Assembly (NCBI RefSeq): GCF_000143415.4
Contig: NW_003314350.1
Coordinates: forward strand, 248,001-312,000
DNA from: Selaginella moellendorffii
Lineage: Eukaryota > Plantae > Lycopodiophyta
Length of the DNA: 64,000 bases
Direction of reading: 5' to 3'
Shown: in pieces, positions 26,958 through 39,169 of the stretch
Numbering within the stretch: the stretch's first letter is position 1
Layout of the letters: every line of letters begins with the position of its first letter
Position numbers and translations under genes: made by a program
The notes under the pieces: generated by a model
What the model was told of the DNA's origin: nothing
What the model saw: the letters and a program-made list of their open reading frames with translations, nothing else
Database searches by the model: none

Positions 26958-28001
26958 ATGGCTGCAATCGTGTTGATGACTGTGTTTCTCGTGATGGCTG
27001 CAGCTTGGAAGATGGTGTGTATCCGCAAGAGAGAAGAGAGGGCACGATTTCTAGCGTCGCTCCACCCCGTGAGAGACGCACACAAGATCTTGTGGTACAT
27101 GTACTCGGTGGAATTCCCTTTCCTCTCGCAAAAGGCGCTCGAGTTTGGCACAATCCGCACGCTCGGCATCCCGGGGATCACAAATCTGCTCTTCAAGACC
27201 AAGTACGGCCTCAAGGATCCGCAGAAGCGCGCCGCCGAGACCAACATTCTGGTGAGCGAGATGATCCACCACCACGTCGACAGCGATCGCGGCTCATACG
27301 CGGTGAGGAGATTGAATGGAATCCACAACAAATTCAAGATCCCAAACGACCAATTCGCCTACGTCCTCTGCCTCAACGTGGTCAGCCCCATTGATTTCTC
27401 CGAGAGATTTGGATTCCGCAAGTGGACCGACAACGAGAAGGAGGCCGCGTATGTTGTGTGGCACGACGTGGGCGTGAGGATGGGCATCACAACCATCCCA
27501 GATAGCATTCCAGAGATGCGGGAGTACATTCGCGATTACGAGGCCAAGAACGCCATCTTCACGGACAAGAACAAGAGCATCGTCCAGGATCTCAAGCATC
27601 TGGTGCTGGATGCATTTCCTCGCCCCGTGCAGCCGCTGGTCGAGACTGGGATCTGTGCACTCATCGATCCCACAATCAGGAGCGCTGTTGGATTGGAAAA
27701 GCCTCCAGCAATTGTGGAGTGGATCATCTTGGGTGCGTTCAAGCTGCTGGCCGGGAGCTTCGTGTCCGCGTTCTTGCCTCCCAGACGTGTGGAGGATGCA
27801 AAGGGCAGCATTGAGGTGGACTGGTGTCCTAATCCCGCTGCCAATCCGGAAGAGTACCGGCAGCTCAACGTGAATGTGTATCGGCCACCGGCATTTGAGA
27901 AGGGATACAAGCTGGCGGAGCTGGGAGCGCTGAAATCAGGCAAGCTTGGACCATACTACGATGGAGGCTTGCGCTGCCCCTTCCGGCAAATGCACGCATA
28001 G
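26958..28001 (+). CDS. MpaB'/Lcp-like DUF2236 oxygenase, copy 4
   Basis: Same ORF as copy 1 except I8T and A9V. Confidence 0.88.
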   Translation: MAAIVLMTVFLVMAAAWKMVCIRKREERARFLASLHPVRDAHKILWYMYSVEFPFLSQKALEFGTIRTLGIPGITNLLFKTKYGLKDPQKRAAETNILVSEMIHHHVDSDRGSYAVRRLNGIHNKFKIPNDQFAYVLCLNVVSPIDFSERFGFRKWTDNEKEAAYVVWHDVGVRMGITTIPDSIPEMREYIRDYEAKNAIFTDKNKSIVQDLKHLVLDAFPRPVQPLVETGICALIDPTIRSAVGLEKPPAIVEWIILGAFKLLAGSFVSAFLPPRRVEDAKGSIEVDWCPNPAANPEEYRQLNVNVYRPPAFEKGYKLAELGALKSGKLGPYYDGGLRCPFRQMHA

Positions 28002-30569
28002 AAATAGAACGGGCATAGGACATTCGTTCGGAGAACAAAGCATCATTTGAAAATGCGTTGTTTACGTGAATCTTTTTGTAATTTTTGCAGAACAATATGG
28101 GATCCAAACAATTTAGAAACACGCTCTGGCTAAAGACAATGATTCTAAGATATTACAGGTTGTAATTAGAAGTCTAAGTTGACACGCTCACTTTACACCT
28201 AAGAGAAGGAAAAGCTTGTCAAGCGAAAGGAACAAAGGTCAAAAGCTTACCTCCACGAGAAAACCTCACGTTAATCCATGGGGCCTCAGCACGGCGCATG
28301 CCCACCATCAGGTGCGAACTGCCAAACTTTCCTTGGAGTCCAGCGCCGCACTCGCTGGCCAATCAGGATACCCGAGTACAACTTGAGCTCTCCCACTGAG
28401 ATGGCTGCAAAGCCGCTTTCAAAGCTCGGCATCCCCCATGCCTGTTCAAGGCAACAGACTCTAAACACACGAACAAAACTCACCTTGGCACCATGCCTGT
28501 TCAAGGCAAAAGACTTTAAACACACGACAAAAACTCACCTTGGAGCAGTAGTACAACCGGCCAACAGGGTGCAACCCATCCGGAATCGTAAGGTCCTTCG
28601 ATAACAAGGATGCTCTCCAGGCTGCAAACTTATCCCGAACCTCCTGCTTGGTGAAGGCCTCTTCCGATATCGGCTCTCTGGGTGAGTCAGGGAACGAATG
28701 CAGAGAAGCTTCAACCAGCTGGTTTCCCTTGACCTGCACATATCCATTGATCTCAGAAATGGCATATCGCCATTCTCTCATGTCCATGGCATACAGAAAA
28801 CAAACAGAAATTGATTTCAAAACACGAAACTAGAAACTGGTACATGGTCTTGCTTGCTTCCCTAAGCTGGCAGTGATCCACGTACATGAAAACCTGTACC
28901 AGATCTTAACGCAGATTTCAGATACTAACCAGCTTTATGTAGCAGATCGCAGTGCTTCACATCAATTCCCAATCTTAGTGTACGCACATCCAGGATCGGA
29001 ATGCCAATCAAGCCCTCCTCACATCGTTTGTAGGTTGATCAACGCCATCATGTGGAAACTCCAGGTCCAGAAAAACGGCCTCCTCATCCTCTAAGCCCAT
29101 TTCTAACTGGAACTGCCGCCACTCTGGTTCTTGCTCATCGTGCTTACACTCTGCCTTGTACAGCATGAAAAGGGCAAATGAACACAAGAGCCTAGAGAAA
29201 ATGCTTGCCGGCCCTTGTCTTGGAAAACCAATGTGGCGTACACATCTTTAACCTCCAACTACACGCACGGCGCTCTCCCTTCCTGGAAACATCTTTCGAT
29301 TATACCTGGAATGTCGAGAAACTTAGACACAAGACGAGGTCAAGAATCCTTACCGATCATAGGGAGGCGTGGCATCTGGGATCTGTTCGATCAGCCCGTA
29401 CCTCTTCTTAAATTGCTCTTCAGTAATCTTGCTAGGTGACACTTGGAATAGTGGTGCTTCTTGCTGTAGCGCTGTGAGTTGGTCACGGAATCGTTGTGGG
29501 AGTGGGAGCAACTCCTTGAGCAGAACCCCTAATGCGTTCCAAGACGAACCAAAACCTGCATCCCTCTGTTTCTTATGAGCTGCCCCCCTCCACCACTTCT
29601 GACCTTGGTGCCTCTCTTTTGGTGATGACGGCAGTGCCGTATATGATCGAGGTCATGGACTTGCCCCGAGGACAGGTGATTCCATCTCTGACTCCTCAAT
29701 TTTCGATCTGACGTTGCTCGCCGCAATCTACCTGGAATCAAGGAGTTTGAAACAATGCTTTAGCAAACTCTTAAGCTTTGGAAGTTTAGATAAAGTGCCT
29801 TCATGCTCCATCAATTGAAGAACCTAGACATGAAAGGTTCTTGGAAGGATAGTGAGCTGAGCTTGTATACTCATGTTGTTGCCATTGTTGGGAACTTGGA
29901 TCATTATCACAACCCTGCAATCTTTCGAGACTGCCCAAATGTTTTTCTGAGCAGCTTACAGCATGGAATAAGTCAAATATTTGTCACCCAGCTCATCAGC
30001 CAAAGCAACTTCCAAACAAGATGGTATTAAGAGACTTGGAACAAGATCTTTTCTAAGAAGTGGTAAATATCCCTAGATTGCAAGAACCATGCTGCTGCTT
30101 TACAGAAGCTTGTACTACCCTAGAAGGGTGTAATGAACAAACTTAGTATATCTGACATGCCAGCTTAGTGATGCTTTCCTGATCTCTCACCAGGACAGCC
30201 CAGTTGCTCTTTGCTGGCCAATGGCAGCCTCACAATGCAAAACAACACATGACCCAGCCATGACCCAGCCTTGCAACACACTATAGATGTTGACATGGAA
30301 TCTCCGAATATGTTCACTTGGAGGAATACAAAATCTCAAGGGATGGGGTGGGGTGAGTTGTAGCTTAACCCTCACTCCCCATTCCTTCCTGCTTTTATTC
30401 TCTAACTCCAAGATTCTCAAGATCTCAGGAAATGATCTTGTCCTCATCCTCAAACACCATCAAGTAATTTGCAATGGTGGCAGTCACATTGCTTGGGCAG
30501 AATGGTATGAGTTATAAGGAAACATACACTCTTGCAGTTTTCTTCTTGGTAAGAATAAAAGTTGCTTAA

Positions 30570-33500
30570 ATAAACAGATTGCTCACAATCACATGGATAT
30601 GATATAGTAATTATAATGACTTGATCATCAATTGAGCAATACCATGAGAAACACCCATGTCACTACTACAAAGATTTACGTGAGTATTAAGTGCCAACTC
30701 AATTCAACAAAATGCAACATAAATGCCATACCCCACCTATAAAGATTTACAACATCGAACATTACCAGCTTTATTCATAATATAGACAAACTTGAACCTT
30801 TGGACATATAATATATGACATGTGAGTGGAACCCAAGTTTCAGGGCCTTGGGCCACTGAATAAAGGTACAAAGCCAAACTCCTAAAGCATACAACCAAAG
30901 AGTGACTTTTGAGCATTCAACCCAAAAAGCAAAGGGATAGAGGCACAGAGCAACTTGGAACAGTCCTAGAATTTCCAACATCCCAATACCAAAACTAATA
31001 TACAAAATGGAGCCAAATCAAATTTTGTGCTATTTTAGCATATCGGTGGCCTAATGCAAGGATATGGGTACTCCACCAGCTAGCATCGTATGGAACTTAA
31101 GCTTAAACCTAAGCCAAATACAGAACAAAAACAGGCACGTAAGCAAGAGCTAAATTATGTTTTAAATTGATCAACCATGCTTAATCTACCCACTATCCCT
31201 ATTATACATTTGGAATCCCCCACAACACCCCATGCTTTGGGCTCTCACCCTTAGCCACCCTTAATAACAGAAGTTAGTATCTGGGACTAATTTGAAACTT
31301 ACTATATATGGAATAGCACTAGATTGTGAATTTGGACATGGGACCAACACCATTGTGTTTAGGACAATCTCTACATTTTGTAGATATGCTAAATTAGTAA
31401 ATTTAAAAACTTTCTATACATAACAATTATAACCAAATGGTACTAATATAAGGTGCATGATAGCAAAGGTGTTTGGCAGATACAATAAGCTATCATTTGG
31501 CAAATATTGAAGGACTAAGCTCAATATCACAGGCAGTTTTTGTCAAGCTAGTGCATAACAGAGCAAAAGAGAACTAACAAGCTGGGCCAAGTATGTTTGG
31601 CTAAATAGACATTTAGGAATTCCTTCCTTATATTTATTTGGCCAAGTATAAATGCAAAGTCAAGTTTACTAACACTTGAATAATAGGGATTGATAAAGGG
31701 CCTATCAATACTGTCTTTTTATTATCGTGGCAGTAAAGAAAGAATATCCGAAAGGACTAGCTAACATGTAACTTTTGATACTTGCAGTCACATTCACGAC
31801 AATAAGAAGTATCAAACAAGGGGGAGAAGTCTCAAAGTCACACTTGACATGATTCTATTGCAACCAATCCATATTAAGGATGAGGTCAAAAGCTTGGCTT
31901 GACACCACTCTCAACAATTGCAACTTAAGTTTGAGATTGCCCACATGTATAACCTCATGTTGTGTATATGTATATGTATAATTGTTGCCATAAAAAATGA
32001 AAATTGGCTTTGTCACATAACACAAATGTAGATAGCAACATGCTAAGTAATAGAAGATAAACTTCAACTTATATCAACCAATATAGACAGAATAATATAA
32101 AACCTTTTGTTATAAAAACAAGCTTGGAAAGTAAACACTAGATGAATTGGTGCCGAGTGAACCCCTTAATGATACTCTTGAAAAGAAGATGGAGGGTCAT
32201 TGACTTATTCACTTAAGGACCTTTCGCTACTCACACAACTCTTCATTTCCTGAAAGCATCTCAGTGTCTAGATCTTCCATCGCAATAACACCAATAAAAT
32301 ATTGTTAACACCAAGGTCTCCACCCAGGAAATGGAAGTCGCCAATATGGAAAACACCAATAATGTCAATATGTGTGACCAACTTCATCACACATTCAACA
32401 GCAGATATCACAGCCATGACCACATCTTCACCCTTGTCCTTGAACTCAGGCAGCAATAGCATCAACCTCTATTGGAACAAACCATCTCCCATAGGAAGTG
32501 GAGCTGAAGGACATACAGTGAGAAGTGGAAGAAGCAATGTCTCATAACATTGTACCAAACAAAGGGCATCGTCAAGGGTGGCTGAAGCAAGTGCATGCAC
32601 AAGTCTTACAAGATCTTGACGAAGTGTTAGCCACAACATTCTTAGTTCGATTTGTTTCGATATATTTAACTTCGTATGAAACAAGAAGCTTTGGAAATAA
32701 ATACCAAATTGCATCACTAATTCTAATGGCCCTTGACAAAAACAATGCAATTGTTAGAAGGCATAATCACAATTGTCAGCATGTCTAAATCTGCATTTGA
32801 AGACATTTGAGAGAATGCTCCAATTGACATAAGTGGCTATGCTCAAACCATTATACCATTATAGCACCGTCCCTTGGAGACATGTGGGAAACTGTTGCAA
32901 ATGTGACTACAGATTGAAAGTTATCTGTTAATTAGTCCTTTCAAATATTCTTTATTTATTGCCACAACGGCAGGAAATCGGTATTACTGAACCCTTTATC
33001 AATCTCCACCTAAACTAGTTGAGAAATTGGTTATCATATGTGCATTTAGATTAGAAAGGCATTAAGGAAAGAAATCCTACGTTGTTATTTAGTCAAATAT
33101 ACTTGACATGGTGATAAGAAACTTATGTTGATATGCATTTGCTAATGTTGGAAACCCCTGCAATATTGAGCTTAGTCCCTCAATATCGCAAGATGACAAC
33201 TTACCATGTTTGCTAAACACCCTCCTATCATGCCCCTTGTATTAGTCTTGTTTAGTCCTAATTGCTATTTATAGAAAGTGTTTAGATTTGCTAATTTAAC
33301 ATATCTATAGAATGTAGAGATTGTTCTGAACACAATAGTGTTGGTCCCATGTCGAAATTTGCAATTTAACACCATTCTATATTTAATAAGTTTCAAGTTT
33401 GTCCCAAAAATTAATTCCTAATACTAAAGGTGTTTAAGGGCAAAAGCCTGAAGCATGGGGGGGCGGGGGCTATAGGAGGTTCCAAAAGTATAGTAGACAT

Positions 33501-34104
33501 AATGGGTAGGTTGGGCATGGTCAATTAATTTGAGGTATAATCTAGCTCTTGTCTACATGTTTGTCCTTTTTTTGCATTTAGCTTAAATCTAAGCTTAAAT
33601 TTCACACTATGTTAGCTAATGGAGTACCCATATCCTTGCATTAGGCCACCGATATGCTAAAATAGTGCCAAACGTTATTTGGCTCCATTTTGTATGTTGA
33701 TCTTGCCATTGGGATGCTATATATTCTAAGATTGTTCCTATGTCACTCTGTACTCTTATCTCTTTGCTTCTTGGGCTGTATGCTTGGGAGTTGTTTTGTG
33801 CTCCACTTCCTTGACTCTTTGTAAATCACTATAGAATAAAGGGTGAAAACCACATGTGCTACATTTGGTATCAGTATGGATTTTGGTTACCATAAGCTTA
33901 TCCATGTTGTGAACGAAAATAGTGGTGTTGAGTATTGTAAATCTCTATCGGTAGGGTGTGGCATTTATGTTGCATTTTGTCGAATTAAGTTAGCACTTGA
34001 TACTCACATAAACCTTTGAAGTATTGGCATAGCGTTGCTCAATTGATAATCAAGTTATTATGATACTTATATCATATCTATATGATAATGAGTAATGTGT
34101 TTAC
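30570..34104. repeat. Long degenerate inverted repeat: arms ~30570-31800 and ~32893-34104, spacer ~1.1 kb
   Basis: A 45-mer at 31030-31074 (ctattttagcatatcggtggcctaatgcaaggatatgggtactcc) is the exact reverse complement of 33621-33665. Collinear inverted similarity holds at both arm ends and at the internal points checked. Confidence 0.9.
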
Positions 34105-35011
34105 AAAGTTTTCTGGTTAAATGTTGATCAACCCCAAAATGGTTCATAGTGAAGTTAATTTACTTGCAAGTAGTAATATTGAAGTAACTTGGATCTAGCA
34201 AAGTTCCTGAACCAAAGGTGAGTTTCCCGGCGAAATTTTCAAGCAAGCGTTCAGAGCTTCGTGGATTCCTAAACCAAATGGAGCTGATCTTCGCACTTCA
34301 ACATCGGCAGAACCCCACTCCCGAGTCTCAAATCAGCACGATTGGGACGTTGCTCGAAGGTGCAGCTTTGTCATGGTTTTCTCCTCTCCTGGAGAAGAGC
34401 ATGAAAGGGGTTGTGGTTCCGGAGCTGATGGATCTTCAGTTGTTCAAAGAGAAGCTCGAAGCATGTTTTGGCGAGACGGATTGGGTTCGGGCTGCCACCA
34501 CAAAGATGAGATGTCTCTCTCAGGGGTCTTGTCCTGCCTCGATCTATGCTACAGAGTTCCAACTCCTTGCCTTGGACATTTAGTGGGATGAGCGGGCCCT
34601 GATTGATCAATTTTGTTTTGGCCTCAACAATGGTGTTAAGGATTTGTTGCTCACCATGGAGGATCCCACAGACTTGTTGGACGCCATCAACAAAGCTGTT
34701 TGCTGCCACAATCGTCTCTTTGAACGTCGTCAGGAAAATCACTGTGCCGCTGTTTTCCCATCCCAGACTCAGGAATCCCAGCTTAAGTCTTCGGTACATA
34801 CTCTTGAACCTACTACTCTGGTCCCGATGGATATTTCTGGTACTCCCCGACTCATCAGAGGGAAGTTAAGTCCTACTAAGAAGCAACGTCGAATGTCTCA
34901 TAATCTTTGCCTCTATTGTGCTGATCCTAATCACAAAGCAGCTGTGTGTCCCAAGAAGCTTTCCCAACTGCTCGAGTTCACTCTGCCTCAAGGTCCACCT
35001 CTGTTGCAGTC

Positions 35012-35059
35012 GGGAAACGACCCTGTCCAAACAGAGTAGGAGCTATCTATTTGGACTCC
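35012..35059 (+). promoter_or_regulatory. Programmed -1 ribosomal frameshift signal (gag-pol)
   Basis: G GGA AAC slippery heptamer in the gag frame, 6-nt spacer, then stem GTCCAAACAGA/TCTATTTGGAC. The protease ORF is in the -1 frame. Confidence 0.75.
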
Positions 35060-38000
35060 CCAAATAAAAATCACTTTTCTTCTTTATCAAGCTCCTCACC
35101 ACCTTTCATCAAAGCCACCACCAATTCCCGCAACTTCCACATCCCATGTCTCCTTTCTTTCACCGGACAATCAGGACTCAAGGCTCTAGCGCTACTGGAC
35201 TCGGGTGCAACTTCTTGCTTCATGGACATGGACTTTGTTGCCCAACATCACATTCCTCTTTCTCCTATCATACGGGATTCGAGGGTTGAAGGCATCGGTA
35301 GGCATTTTGTGTCTCCATCTTCTGGACTTAGGGAAACGTTGCTTGTTCGAGTACACATTAGGTCCACCATCACCGATATCACCTTCAACATCATCAACAG
35401 CAAGTCCTCCTCTGTGGTGCTTGGCCTTCCTTGGTTTCAACTACACTAGCCTCAGATCTGTTGGAAGGAATTACAGCTCATCTCTCCCACATCACCATTT
35501 CCCACGGCTTCCCCTGCTGTTCATCGAGTCCGAATCAGGAAAAGTTCCTTAACCTCAAATCGGGGTTCTGTTCCTGACTCTACGAAGTTTTCACCCTCTT
35601 CTTTTCCCTCTCTTCCATCTTACACTGGACAGTATCCTCGTCTCATCATTCCATTTAGTCATACACCTCCTCTTATCTCCACAATCACTATGAAAGAACT
35701 CCTTCCTGAAGAACCTATCTTCCTTTTTGCTTTGCATGTTTCTCCTGTCAGTCTTCCTGAGAAGTATCATGATTTTGGGGATGTGTTTGACAAGAAAAAT
35801 CCTAGTGTACTACTTGTTCATTGGCCTTATGACTGTCCCATTGATTTACAAGAAGGAGCATCACCTCCATGGGGGCCTATCTACGGGTTATCCCCGTCCG
35901 AGCTTAAGGCCCTTAAAAAGTACGTGGATGAGAACTTTACCTCGGGGTACATTTAGCATTCGCAGTCCCCAACTGAAGTGCCTGTCTTCTTTGTCAAGAA
36001 GAAGGATGGGAGTTTGCAGCTAGTCATCGACTACCGAGGTTTGAACAAGGTGACTATTCGGAACTGTTATCCGCTGCCCCTGATCTCAAACCTGTTGGAA
36101 CACCTCGACGGTGCCTGCTTCTTCACCAAGATCGACCTCCATGGAGCATACAACTTGATCCAGATCCGGCCTAACGATGAATGGAAGACTGTGTTCCAAA
36201 CCCGCTATGGCCACTTTGAGTACACTGTCATGCCATTTGGCTTGACAAATGCTTCAGCAATTTTCCAACACATGGCGAATGATGTCTTTTGGGAGTTTCT
36301 TGATCAGATGGTGATCGTCTACCTTAATGACATCCTCATCTACTAAAAAACTCAAGAGGAGCACGATAAGCATGTGCGCAAGGTGCTGGCGAAGCCGCAG
36401 GAACATGGCCTATACACGAAGCTTGAGAAGTGTTCTTTCGATCAAGAGTTTGTGGAGTTCCTTGGGTACATTGTCACTCCTGAGGGTATCACGATGGATC
36501 CTGCCAAAGTCAAGACTATTCTCGAATGGGAGCAATCAATGTCAGATATTCAGGTTTTTCTTGGCTTCGCTAACTTCTACCGCAAATTCATAATGGATCA
36601 CTACTCTGACATTGTCCTTCCTCTCATGCATATCACTTGCAAGGATGTTCCCTTCTCTTGGTCTGCTGCTTCCCAACAGGCCTTCGACACACTCAAAGCG
36701 GCTTTCAGTTCTGCTCCCGTCTTGATCTATGCTGATCCCTCACAACCTTTCTTCATCAAGGCTAATGCCTCTGACTTTGCCATCGGTGTTGTGTTGTCTC
36801 AACTCGGAGTAGATCAGGAATTTCATCTAGTCACTTTCCATTCTCAGAAATTCCAGCCTGTAGAGATCAATTACAAAATCCACAACAAAGAGCTCCTTGC
36901 CATCGTAGATTCCTTTGGAGAGTGGTGTCATTTCTTGGAGGGGGCAAACCATCAAACAACAATCTAGACGGATCACAAAAATCTTGAGTACTTTGCCACT
37001 TCCCGAGTTTTGAGCCGTCGTCAGGCAAGGTGGGCACAATTCCTAAGTTGGTTTGACTTTGTTATCAAGTATAGACTTGGAAAGCTTCAACGCCTTCCTG
37101 ATGCTTTTTCAAGGTGCTCCTATCTCAGTCTTAGGCCTGGTAATTCTGCCTTCGATCAACAGGATCAGGTTATCCTCAGCCCTGATCAGCTTCAAGTTAT
37201 GGCAATTTCCTTGGCCCCTCAGGACTCCTCCTTGATGGATGCAATCAGAAACGATCTTCAATCTGACGACCTCGCCAGTGACATTTTCCCCCATCTTCAG
37301 GCTGGACACCCAGTGACTCCTGACTGCCGGCGATTTGACGAGTTTGAGTTCTTAGATGGCTTGTTGTACCGTGGGGAGCAGCTTTACATTTCTGAAGGTG
37401 ATGCTCGAAAGTTGGTCCTGATGGCGTGCCACGATAACCCAACTGCTGGTCATTTCGGCATTGCGAAAACCTATGAGCTGGTTGCACGGGACTTTTGGTG
37501 GCCTCACATGGACGACTACATCAAAGCTTTTGTTACCTCCTGTGACACTTGCGCCAGGAATAAAGTACCTCGCCACCTTCCTTTAGGTTTGCTTCGTTCG
37601 CTCCCGATCCCTTTAGATCCTTGGGAATCCATCTCCATGGATTTCTTGAGTGATCTTTCGAGTTCTAGAGGCTTCAACATCATTTTAGTCGTGGTGGATC
37701 ACTTCACAAAGATGGCACACTTCCTGCTGTGTACCAAGGAGTTTTCCAGCGAGGACATGGCAAAACTGGTATTCAAGGAAATTTTCTGACTTCATGGGAT
37801 TTCTGTAGATGTTGTTTCGGATCGGGGACCTCAATTCATCTCTCATTTATGGCAATGGTTCTTGCAGCTGCTTGGAGTGAAGGCCAACCTCTCTTCGGCG
37901 TATCATCCTCAAACTAATGGACAGTCCGAGCAAATGATTCAGACATTGGAATAATTCCTGAGGTGCTTCATCAATTATCATCAAGATGACTGATTCAATA

Positions 38001-38780
38001 TCCTTCCCCTTGCTGAGTTCTCCTATAACAATTATGTTCACTCCTCCCTTCGAGTTTCCTCCTTCTTTGCGAACTCTGGCCGAAATCCCCGATTCAATCT
38101 CTCACTTCCTTCTCCATCCGAATCCCCTCATTCAAATGCCCGCTATGAGGCATTTGTCTCCAACCTCTAGGAAATCCACAACTCCATCTCCTTCCACCTC
38201 CATCGTGCTCAGGAATCTTATAAAACATTTGCCAATTTCCATCGTCAGGATTGTCCCCCTTACAATATCAGGGATAAAGTCTAGCTCCTCAGGCGAAATA
38301 TCTCTACCATCAGGCCATGTCCCAAACTCGATTTCAAATGCCTTGGTCCTTTCCCTATCACTACCATCATTAATCGTGTCACTTATCACCTTGCACTTCC
38401 CTCCTCATATCAAATTCACCCCGTTTTTCACTCCTCTCTCCTTGAGCCTTATATTCCCAGTCCTATTCCAAATCGGGTCATTCCTCTGCCTCCACCAGTG
38501 CAGCTCAAGGATGGGAGTGAGTACAAGGTTTAGGACATCCTTGATTCCAAGATCTCACAGTCTAAACTTTACTATCTGGTAGATTGGAAGGGTTACGGAG
38601 CTAAGGAACGCACTTAGGAACTTGCGGGCAACCTGATTCATTCTCCTGACTTTGTTCAGGACTTCCACCACCCCTATCCTTCTCGTCCCAGTCTTCATTC
38701 TTTTTCTTCATCTCCCATCCCTCGCCGCCCATCTCATCCTCCTCTTTGTTCTCATTCACATCCTCGTTCCACTCGTTCTT

Positions 38781-39169
38781 GAGGAGGGGGTGTTGTCAGG
38801 AATTGCCACATTCCTGACTCTCGCCAGATTCCTGACCTGTAGACCACATTCCTGACTCTCGAGACACTTCCCTATTCCTGACTCTCAAGACACTTCTCTA
38901 TTCCTGACTCTCTGATTTCCTGTATAATTCCTAAGTCTCAAGCCACATTCCTGATGATGATGTGGCACCTCCTCGACCTCAACTATATTTAGGCCATCTT
39001 TGATCCAAGAGTGGTGGAGCTTCATCAACCTATAGTATATATAAGTTAGCCTTGTTCCATTTTTCCACAATCTGAATCAACACCAGTCTAAGGCATTTTC
39101 TTCATTTCCACTAGCTTTTCTCTTTGTCTTCTACATTTTCTAGTCTTGATCTTATTAGGGGTCTTGACA
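38781..39169 (+). repeat. Polypurine tract and 3' LTR (38794-39169)
   Basis: GAGGAGGGGG PPT, then TGTCAGGA...TCTTGACA inverted ends and internal TTCCTGACTCT repeats. Confidence 0.85.

Larger units (their letters stand above)
1..30552. repeat. Tandem array of ~8.2-kb segmental units (3 near-full units plus partial units at both ends)
   Basis: The 347-aa ORF recurs at 2234, 10465, 18770 and 26958 (spacings 8231, 8305, 8188). Flanking DNA is collinear with unit-specific indels. Homology to the unit stops near 30552, equivalent to ~5763. Confidence 0.97.
34200..39169 (+). mobile_element. Decayed Ty3/Gypsy chromovirus (Tcn1/sushi-like), 5' LTR missing
   Basis: Gag (PAKFS..RGFLNQ; CLYCADPNHKAAVC), protease LLDSGA, RT (DYRGLN, MPFGL, YLND), RNase H, integrase (H..H, CDTC, GP(F)) and chromodomain (YYLVDWKGY). 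Many premature stops and frameshifts. Confidence 0.95.

Noticed and set aside
1-30552. Array as a pure assembly artefact
   Set aside because: Units carry many distinct indels and substitutions; exact copy number still needs read support
38805-38965. Short TTCCTGACTCT repeats resembling a CRISPR array
   Set aside because: Eukaryotic LTR-internal repeats with related spacers and no cas genes
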